Positions 27,675 to 34,683 of a DNA stretch of 39,343 nt are shown piece by piece. The stretch is from Candidatus Magasanikiibacteriota bacterium (GTDB lineage Bacteria; Patescibacteriota; Patescibacteriia; Magasanikbacterales; UBA922): NCBI GenBank assembly GCA_023246555.1, contig JAHFIC010000004.1, forward strand, positions 1-39,343, read 5' to 3'. The position numbers were made by a program, and so were the translations under genes. Below the pieces are notes generated by a model. The model was not told the origin of the DNA. It searched no databases and saw nothing but the letters and a program-made list of their open reading frames with translations. The stretch's first letter is position 1. Each line of letters starts with the position of its first letter.

Positions 27675-28435
27675 GCACGCTCTCACAACCAGCATTGAAA
27701 ATGATCGCCGCGTACGAGCATTTGCCGTTTGAACACACCACGGTTGTCTGTCCGTATTTCATCAATCGCCGCCAGCGGATTCGCGGCGCGCTTCGGGCGC
27801 TGGTCGGCAAGGGCAGTCCGGACGATATTGTGGAAGAAGCCGTGATCATTGCACTCAAAGAAAAAGTTGATTTAAAATCGCTCGATGCCGAAGGGCTGAA
27901 AAAATTTCTTGTTGACCACAAACTTGGTATTGATTGCTCTGGGTTTGTGTATTATGTTCTCGACGCGGAATTGCGTGCGAGGAATATGGGCGCCCTTAAA
28001 AAACACCTCCGTTTCCCCGACAGAATGAGCCTCCTTAGAAAATTGATCGCCAAATTCCGCCCCGTGGAAAATACCGACGTTGGAGTCTTGGTAGAGGACA
28101 CGAATAGTGCGATCGTTTCATTGGACCGCGCGCGGGCCGGGGATATCATAACCATGCGCGGCATTGGGCAAGCGCAGGATCGCGACCATGTTCTTCTCGT
28201 CTCTGCGGTCGATGCTTCCGCAATTCATTACGCACATGCATTTCAATGGTCGACCGATGGAAAATATCTTCATGGGATAAAAAAGGGGCGGATCGAAATC
28301 CTTGATCCAAAAAAATCGCTCCTTGAGGAGCGATGGGTAGAGGCGGGAAAAATTGGTGAAGACAGTGAGACATATCGGCACGCAAAAAAAACACAGATGA
28401 TTGAACTTCGACGATTGAATATTTTGGAGAATTAA
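27665..28435 (+). CDS. NlpC/P60-like (papain-fold) putative cell-wall peptidase
   Basis: GIDCSGFVYYVL catalytic Cys motif, RAGDII, DHVLLV, IHYAHA. Confidence 0.65.
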   Translation: MESSTLSQPALKMIAAYEHLPFEHTTVVCPYFINRRQRIRGALRALVGKGSPDDIVEEAVIIALKEKVDLKSLDAEGLKKFLVDHKLGIDCSGFVYYVLDAELRARNMGALKKHLRFPDRMSLLRKLIAKFRPVENTDVGVLVEDTNSAIVSLDRARAGDIITMRGIGQAQDRDHVLLVSAVDASAIHYAHAFQWSTDGKYLHGIKKGRIEILDPKKSLLEERWVEAGKIGEDSETYRHAKKTQMIELRRLNILEN

Positions 28436-28475
28436 AAAAGCGTCCGGGGAATCGTTGATTCGCCATCGGACGCTT
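28434..28475 (-). terminator. Terminator-like hairpin between convergent genes
   Basis: aagcgtccg...cggacgctt arms with an A-run on the left, i.e. a U-tail on the minus strand. Confidence 0.6.
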
Positions 28476-28515
28476 GCGTGTGTGGACGGGAAGTGTGTCA
28501 GAACGAGACGAGTCG

Positions 28516-29109
28516 CTAGTTCAGCGCCAGCCCGAGCGAGGTCGCTCGCTCCCGCGCGAACATCGGCAACGCCCTCACGCTCTGACGCGTCTCCGCGAGG
28601 CGCTTGGGGCTCGTGTTGAAGCCCCAAAGGAGCCGCTTCGCCTCCTTCCTGTGCCGCCGCGCGAACGACGGCTCCATCATGAGGAGCCGAACGAATCGCT
28701 CGATCTCGGAGTTGATCTCCACATGGGTCGGTTGCGGCGTGAAGGCCACCATCGGCGCGGACTCCCGCGCCTCGACGGGCCGGAGGTCGTAGATCTCGCC
28801 GACCTCGATCGTCGGCGGAATCGAAACCGGCCACCCGGCCGCGATGAGCTGCTTCTCGGCCTCGGCGCGCATGTCCTCGTTGACCTCGGCGAGGATGAGG
28901 GGGATGAGCTCGACGCGGAGCGACGCGAGATCGGACATCTCGAGGATGCTCGCCTTGCCCGTCATCTGGGTGTCGTTGCCGGGCGCCCGGCAGATGTGGT
29001 AGGCGATCTTCGCCGCAACCTTCTCCAGCGCGGCCTCACCCACCCAGCGAGCGATGTCTTTCCGATCCATAGCGAAACGCCAGTACTTCGTGGGGTAATT
29101 GATCATCAT
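28516..29109 (-). CDS. Hypothetical protein, GC-rich coding sequence
   Basis: 197-aa ORF (alternative start 29070) with G/C-ending codons in this frame, a promoter upstream and a terminator downstream. Confidence 0.55.
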   Translation of the reverse strand: MMINYPTKYWRFAMDRKDIARWVGEAALEKVAAKIAYHICRAPGNDTQMTGKASILEMSDLASLRVELIPLILAEVNEDMRAEAEKQLIAAGWPVSIPPTIEVGEIYDLRPVEARESAPMVAFTPQPTHVEINSEIERFVRLLMMEPSFARRHRKEAKRLLWGFNTSPKRLAETRQSVRALPMFARERATSLGLALN

Positions 29110-29238
29110 TTATCGAACTCTCTTCTTTACTAGTCGAATTTGTAGTCCATCTTCCACCGTCCTTGGCAGAATCCGAACAAATGAACGATTGTACTCTTCG
29201 CCGTACCAAGACTCCTGTCTTGTACAACAAAGCCCAAT

Positions 29239-29289
29239 AACTTAGCATATTTTTCTTATATTGTCAATAGCCGAATCTCCTGGTATAAT
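29239..29289. promoter_or_regulatory. Divergent promoters; near-leaderless mraY transcript
   Basis: Minus: TTGACA (29262-29267), 17 nt spacer, TGc-TAAGTT. Plus: TGg-TATAAT (29281-29289), 8 nt before the mraY ATG. Confidence 0.55.
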
Positions 29290-29297
29290 CTTCCCGT

Positions 29298-30428
29298 ATG
29301 TCGCTCGGTGAAACCCACCTGGAACTTCTCAAAAATGCCCTAGGTTACGGCATTTTTTCCTGTTTTGTAGCCTTTCTTTGGGCGCCGCTTCTCATCAAAT
29401 TCCTCTACCGATTCAACATCACCCGCCAGCGGGAATTCGATGCCACACTCGGATTCGACGCGCGAAAACACAAAGCCGGCACCCCGATTATGGGTGGCCT
29501 TTTGGTCATTCTCACGGTCGCGATCGTCACCATCTGGTTCAATTGGGAACGCCGGTTCACCTTTGTCCCGGTCGGCGTCATGGCGCTCGCGGCCACTTTA
29601 GGCGGCATTGACGACATCATGCACGTCTACGGCAAAGAGCGACGCAATCGCTCCATCCGCCACGTGCTTCGCTTGATTCGTGTTCATGCCGATTGGCGCG
29701 AGCGTCTCTGGCTTGTGCTCACATTGCCATGGTCCATCTTCAAACGCGCGTCGCTGTGGCTAGGGTCGCACCCGGGTCGCGGCGTGCATGTGCACGAAAA
29801 ATTGCTCCTGCAGTTTATTGCTGGTTCTATTACCGCCTACTGGATTTATTTCAAGCTGGGCGAGCATTGGCGGAATATCTTTATTCCGTTTGACGGCTAC
29901 ATCAACATCGGCTGGTGGATCATTCCCATAATTATTCTCTTTGTCATGTTCACGGCAAACGCGGTTAATGTGGCCGACGGCATGGATGGCCTGGCCGGCG
30001 GTACGCTTCTCATTACCTTTTCGGCGCTCACGATTCTCTCGTGGCTTGAAGGATACCAATCCATTGCGATTTTGAACGCGACGACTGCTGGCGCGCTTAT
30101 TCCGTACACATATTTCAATATCAAACCCGCGCGCTTCCAGATGGGCGATGTTGGGTCTTTGGGTCTTGGAGCACTTCTCGCCATCAATGCGATTGCGATC
30201 AATCGCATGCTCCTTCTGCCATTTTTAGGATTCATTTTTTATATCGAACTTACTACCGTCATGATCCAAGTGTTCGGCCGTTATGTTTTGGGCCGCCGCA
30301 TTTTCCGCATGGCACCGATTCACCACCATTTTGAATTGCGCGGCTGGTCGGAAGAGAAAGTCGTGATGCGGTTTTGGATTATGCATGCCGCGATGGTGAT
30401 GCTTGGGTTGTGGATTGCTCTGTACTAG
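29298..30428 (+). CDS. mraY: Phospho-N-acetylmuramoyl-pentapeptide transferase
   Basis: KAGTPIMGG, GGIDD, NAVNVADGMDGLAGG, FNIKPARFQMGDVGSLGLG, FRMAPIHHHFELRGWSEEKVVMRFW. Confidence 0.93.
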   Translation: MSLGETHLELLKNALGYGIFSCFVAFLWAPLLIKFLYRFNITRQREFDATLGFDARKHKAGTPIMGGLLVILTVAIVTIWFNWERRFTFVPVGVMALAATLGGIDDIMHVYGKERRNRSIRHVLRLIRVHADWRERLWLVLTLPWSIFKRASLWLGSHPGRGVHVHEKLLLQFIAGSITAYWIYFKLGEHWRNIFIPFDGYINIGWWIIPIIILFVMFTANAVNVADGMDGLAGGTLLITFSALTILSWLEGYQSIAILNATTAGALIPYTYFNIKPARFQMGDVGSLGLGALLAINAIAINRMLLLPFLGFIFYIELTTVMIQVFGRYVLGRRIFRMAPIHHHFELRGWSEEKVVMRFWIMHAAMVMLGLWIALY

Positions 30429-30441
30429 CTAAGGGATTCCA

Positions 30442-31089
30442 ATGTATCTTTCCTGGAACGAACAAATTATCACCGACTTCTCCGACGCGCACATCAATAC
30501 ACTCTACAGAGAAGGGTATCTTTTTACGCGTGTCGACCGCGGTGTCATGAAGCAAACCAGAAGTGTTAGGATTGATCTGTCTCAATTCGAACTTTCCAGT
30601 GAAAACCGCCGTATACTCAAAAAAACTGAATGGATAGAAATAAAAAAAGAAACCCTCCCCTACGCGAACTACTCGTGGAAAATCGGAAAATTGGCCAAAG
30701 ACTTTTACGAGACAAAATTCGGCAAAAAAACTTTTTCTGCCAATAAAATAAAAGAATTACTCACAACCAATAAAAGCAATTTCAATCGAGTGTTCGTGTA
30801 TTCATACAATGGTGAACCAATCGGATATTGCATCGCACGAGAAACAAATGAAATGATCCACTATTCTTATCCGTTCTACACCCTCAACTCTCAACTCTCA
30901 ACTCTCAACCCCGGCATGGCAATGATGACGCAGGCGGTTCTTTTTGCGAAAGAACACGGCAAAAAATATATCTATCTTGGCAGTGCCCAGCGTCCGACCG
31001 ATACCTACAAACTGCAATTCGCGGGGTTGGAGTGGTTTGATGGAAAGGAATGGAAGACCGATCTCGCGGCGCTGAAATCCCTTTTATGA
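30442..31089 (+). CDS. GNAT-fold protein resembling arginyl/leucyl-tRNA--protein transferases (ATE/Bpt C-terminal-like)
   Basis: RSVRIDLSQFELSSENRRILKK, YSYPFY, G...M..AV..AKEHGKKYIYLGS.....YKLQF..LEWFDG. Confidence 0.6.
   Translation: MYLSWNEQIITDFSDAHINTLYREGYLFTRVDRGVMKQTRSVRIDLSQFELSSENRRILKKTEWIEIKKETLPYANYSWKIGKLAKDFYETKFGKKTFSANKIKELLTTNKSNFNRVFVYSYNGEPIGYCIARETNEMIHYSYPFYTLNSQLSTLNPGMAMMTQAVLFAKEHGKKYIYLGSAQRPTDTYKLQFAGLEWFDGKEWKTDLAALKSLL
30881..30908. repeat. 7-bp tandem repeat within the ATE-like gene
   Basis: ccctcaa ctctcaa ctctcaa ctctcaa, encoding TLNSQLSTLN. Confidence 0.85.
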
Positions 31090-32420
31090 AACATGTCCAC
31101 TTCATCGGCATTTGCGGTGTTGCCATGTCGGCCTTGGCCATTGCCTGCAAAAAAGCCGACTGGCACGTCACTGGCTCGGACGCCGGATTTTTCCCTCCCG
31201 TTTCGACGGCGCTCACACACGCCGGTATTTCTTTTTACCCCGGCTGGCATCCGGAAAAAATGGGTATACCTGATCTCGTGGTGGTCGGCAATGTCGCGAG
31301 TTCCACGAATCCGGAATGGCTTGTCGTACAGGAAAAAAAAATCCCCTACCTCTCGTATCCGGAATTTATCGCCAAATACCTTGTGAAACCAATATCCGTC
31401 GTCTGCGCCGGTACCTATGGTAAAACGACCAGCGCTGCACTGTTGACATGGATCCTCACACAGGCCGGAAAAAATCCGAGTTATCTGTTTGGCGGACTCG
31501 CGATCGACGCGTTTGATTCAGCTGCGCTTACTGATAGCGACATAAGCGTCCTCGAAGGCGACGAATACAAAAGCGCGCGCTGGGACAATCGGCCGAAATT
31601 CGCGCACTACTCCCCCACCCATCTCATTCTGACCGGCATCTCCTGGGATCATGCCGATGTGTATCCAACCGAGGAATCGTACAAAAAGGTGTTTGCTGAG
31701 CTTCTCCAATCTGTACCAAAAAACGGTGTTGTGATCGCGGCCGGCAAAACCTATGGTTCAGATGCCAATCTGCCTTGGCGCTACGAAAATGTGAACTCCC
31801 CGCCGCAGGGAATTGCTTTTGCTATCGTTCACGATAAAAAAACCTACCATGTTGAAAGTCCGATGCTTGGTGAATACCAAGCCGCGAATATTACCGGCTG
31901 TTTTGCCATGGCGCACGCGCTTGGAATTGACGCGGAAACAACCATTGCCGCTATAAAAAATTTCCAAGGACTCAAGCGCCGACTCGAAAAACGACTCGAT
32001 GGACCGATCACCATTTTCGACGATATCGCCCACTCCCCCGCCAAGGCCAAGGCGACGCTCGCAACGCTCAGAAAAATTTATTCAGGAAAAATTGTCGCGG
32101 TCTTTGAACCGAATACTGGAAATCGGAAAACGATCGCTCTCTCAAGTTATGCTGACGCCTTCAATAACGCCAATGAAGTAATTATCCCTGCATTGACAAA
32201 AATCAAAAAAGATGTGAATGATGAAGGTGCCACCATGGATGGCGAGGGGTTGTGTGCAGTCATTGGGAAAATTCACCACAATGCCCAATATATCGGCGAT
32301 GATGTGAAACTGATCGATCATATCCGGCGCATAGTACAGTCAGGTGATGTAGTGGTATTCCTCGGTTCCCATGGATTTCGCGGGATAATCGACGTATTAA
32401 TAAAAAAATTACACCTATGA
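31086..32420 (+). CDS. mpl: Mur ligase, Mpl-like (MurC/Mpl group)
   Basis: HFIGICGVAMSALA, VTGSD, PDLVVVGN, AGTYGKTTS, EGDEYKSARWDNRPKFAHY.P (Mpl-like), DHADVY, GLKRRLE, DDIAHSP, AVFEP; ATGA overlap with the upstream gene. Confidence 0.75.
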   Translation: MKHVHFIGICGVAMSALAIACKKADWHVTGSDAGFFPPVSTALTHAGISFYPGWHPEKMGIPDLVVVGNVASSTNPEWLVVQEKKIPYLSYPEFIAKYLVKPISVVCAGTYGKTTSAALLTWILTQAGKNPSYLFGGLAIDAFDSAALTDSDISVLEGDEYKSARWDNRPKFAHYSPTHLILTGISWDHADVYPTEESYKKVFAELLQSVPKNGVVIAAGKTYGSDANLPWRYENVNSPPQGIAFAIVHDKKTYHVESPMLGEYQAANITGCFAMAHALGIDAETTIAAIKNFQGLKRRLEKRLDGPITIFDDIAHSPAKAKATLATLRKIYSGKIVAVFEPNTGNRKTIALSSYADAFNNANEVIIPALTKIKKDVNDEGATMDGEGLCAVIGKIHHNAQYIGDDVKLIDHIRRIVQSGDVVVFLGSHGFRGIIDVLIKKLHL

Positions 32421-32995
32421 AAATCCCATCCCAAGCAAAACGCGTTTTCAAAGGAAAAATTTTTGACGTCTACCAATGGGAACAACAAATGTTTGATGGC
32501 TCTCATGAAACATTTGAAATGCTCAAACGCCCAGATACGGTGCAAATCATCGCGACGGGCGATGAAAAAATATTTATTGCAAAAGAACAGCAGCCAAATC
32601 GGACCGAGCCGTATCTTACGTTGTTCGGCGGCCGAGTTGACGATGGCGAGGAACCGCTTGCCGCGGCCAAACGGGAACTTTTGGAAGAAGCCGGTATGAC
32701 TACGAACGATTGGGAACTCTGGTGTACGAAAGAACCAGCAAGCAAAATTGAATGGACGGTATACACATTTATTGCCCGCGGATGCAAACAAACCCATGCG
32801 CAGTGCCTTGACGCGGGAGAAAAAATTACTCTCCATGAAGTAAACCTTGATGAATTTGTCACCAACGCGACACACCCATCATTTCGCAATCTTGGTATTA
32901 CCTGGGAACTCTTACGGCTTCAGCTTGAACCAAAAAAGCTGGAGGAATTTAAGAAAAAACTGTTTATTTCCCCTCATCCGCCACTTCAGCAGTAA
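32417..32995 (+). CDS. NUDIX hydrolase (ADP-ribose pyrophosphatase-like)
   Basis: VFKGKIF, GGRVDDGEEPLAAAKRELLEEAG, LDAGEKI. Confidence 0.85.
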   Translation: MKIPSQAKRVFKGKIFDVYQWEQQMFDGSHETFEMLKRPDTVQIIATGDEKIFIAKEQQPNRTEPYLTLFGGRVDDGEEPLAAAKRELLEEAGMTTNDWELWCTKEPASKIEWTVYTFIARGCKQTHAQCLDAGEKITLHEVNLDEFVTNATHPSFRNLGITWELLRLQLEPKKLEEFKKKLFISPHPPLQQ

Positions 32996-33131
32996 CGCCG
33001 CTATCCACCACATCCAGAATCAGAAGCGAAATGCCGCAGTGATTGCACTCCACCACCTGATCTTTCACAAGCGGCTGCGGGAGCGCTGAAAGATCGACTG
33101 AATTTTTGCATTCTGGACAAATCAACGTCAT
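32964..33131 (-). CDS. LysW-like zinc-ribbon small protein (55 aa) with a non-canonical C-terminus
   Basis: MTLICPECKNSVDL...DQVVECNHCGISLLI...AEVADEGK; size and two-CxxC layout resemble LysW, but EDWGE is absent. Confidence 0.65.
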   Translation of the reverse strand: MTLICPECKNSVDLSALPQPLVKDQVVECNHCGISLLILDVVDSGVTAEVADEGK

Positions 33132-33179
33132 AAAAATAAAAGAAAAATACGAAAACAGTATAACCAGAACTTGAATGAT

Positions 33180-34028
33180 ATGCAAACTCCACAAGAATCA
33201 TTCCCGGCGCTCGCGCATGCACTTGGTGTTCCAAGCATTTTTTTGAAACGGGAAGACCTTCACCCGCTTGGTTCTCACAAAGGGCGGTCGATTCCACCAA
33301 TGATAGAGCACTATGTGGCCAATGGAGTCCGTAATTTTGTTATTTCCTCGTCCGGTAACGCCGCGATTGCCGCGGTAAAAACACTGCCGGAAGGTTGTAC
33401 GCTGAAAATACTTATCGGCGAGAAGATTGGTGTTGAAAAAGAGAAGCAATTGAAAAAAGAGATCGGAAATCAAAAATCAATTATTTTGGAAAAACGAAAA
33501 AATCCGAAACAAACGGCGTTTCTCATGGAGAAAAATGGACAAGCAAAGAACCTCCGCCAATCGACGGACGATACGGCGCTATCGGGGTACGAATCGCTTG
33601 CCGAAGAATTAAAAGCGATCCCAAACCTCCAAGCAGTGTTTATTCCAACCTCATCGGGCACGACCGCTCAAGCGCTCGGAAAAAACCTGCCCGGCGTGCA
33701 AATCCATATTGTCCAAACCGCCGCCGTGCACCCGATCGCGGAGACTTTTGATAAAAATTTTATTCCGCAAAAAAACAGCGTGGCAAACGCAATCGTCGAT
33801 GCCGTCGCCCACCGAAAAAACGCCGTCATACGAGCCGTCAAACAATCCGGTGGTTCCGGTTGGGTTGTTTCGGACGATGAGATACAAAAAGCGGCCATAA
33901 TCGTAAAAGAAACCATCGGCCTCGGTATCTCCCCAAATAGCGCTCTCTCGATCGCCGGACTTGGCAAAGCCATAAACCATGCTTGGCGATTTCCCGATTC
34001 AGTCGCCTGTCTCACGACTGGCGCGTAG
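33180..34028 (+). CDS. PLP-dependent fold-type II enzyme (threonine synthase/cysteine synthase-like)
   Basis: FLKREDLHPLGSHKGR (PLP lysine), SSSGNAA, VFIPTSSGTTA, VSDDEI, TTG. Confidence 0.85.
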   Translation: MQTPQESFPALAHALGVPSIFLKREDLHPLGSHKGRSIPPMIEHYVANGVRNFVISSSGNAAIAAVKTLPEGCTLKILIGEKIGVEKEKQLKKEIGNQKSIILEKRKNPKQTAFLMEKNGQAKNLRQSTDDTALSGYESLAEELKAIPNLQAVFIPTSSGTTAQALGKNLPGVQIHIVQTAAVHPIAETFDKNFIPQKNSVANAIVDAVAHRKNAVIRAVKQSGGSGWVVSDDEIQKAAIIVKETIGLGISPNSALSIAGLGKAINHAWRFPDSVACLTTGA

Positions 34029-34683
34029 CGATCGAGACGATATTCATTCCCCGGGCATCAAATTGCTTTTCCACGACCAGCCCGGCGATCTCGCACCACT
34101 TCGCGATATCTTCCGGCGTATAAGCGTAGTACAGCCGCTCGCCAATCACCGCTCCGCGAGCGTCTTTCCACGGCACTATCATCTCCCGATCAATACTTCC
34201 TAATCTCCATTTTCCCGTTTCTAATTTCTTCTTCGCCCAACCTGAATGCAGATTCCAATTCGTCATGACGAGCATTCCGCGTGGTTTCAATACTCGCCGA
34301 ATCTCGCGAAGAGTTTGTACGCGCTCCTTGTCTGCCGAAAGATGGTGAAACGCCGCTAGGCAAAAAACGATGTCGAACGATTCATCGGGGCAAGGAATCC
34401 GCGTCATCTCGCCCAATCGAACATCAATATCCGGAAAACGCGCTCGCGCCAGCTCGAGCAGGGCTTCGCTAAAATCCACACCGACGTATTCAATATCCTT
34501 GACTGTTCCTTTTTCTACAAATGCCTGGTACAGTCGCGCATTGCCACAGGCCAAATCCAACACCCGACTGTCCGGTTTCGCATACGCGGCGAGGACAAAG
34601 ATCTCCTCTGTTACACGGGATCGCGTTTTTGAAAAACGCTCTCCGATGATATTATAAACATTTTGGTTATTAGAATTGTCTAT
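34012..34683 (-). CDS. Class I SAM-dependent methyltransferase (Trm9/ALKBH8-like N-terminus); start uncertain
   Basis: VLDLACGNAR, GVDFS, FDIVFCLAAFHHL, RVLKPRG. The frame extends upstream of the track's start (34563) through VYNIIGERFSKTR to ATA 34683. Confidence 0.75.
   Translation of the reverse strand: MDNSNNQNVYNIIGERFSKTRSRVTEEIFVLAAYAKPDSRVLDLACGNARLYQAFVEKGTVKDIEYVGVDFSEALLELARARFPDIDVRLGEMTRIPCPDESFDIVFCLAAFHHLSADKERVQTLREIRRVLKPRGMLVMTNWNLHSGWAKKKLETGKWRLGSIDREMIVPWKDARGAVIGERLYYAYTPEDIAKWCEIAGLVVEKQFDARGMNIVSIATRQS

Noticed and set aside
28118-29133. Alternative long ORFs 28118-28834 (-) and 28474-29133 (+)
   Set aside because: Arg/Gly/Ala-rich shadow frames of a GC-rich gene; one crosses a terminator and overlaps the NlpC/P60-like gene
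29110-29235. Possible structured leader upstream of the GC-rich hypothetical gene
   Set aside because: Only one clear hairpin (caagac-tcct-gtcttg) and weak additional pairing; not enough to call
33462-33482. atcggaa atcaaaa atcaatt heptamer-like run in the PLP enzyme gene
   Set aside because: Only three degenerate units in A-rich sequence; could be chance
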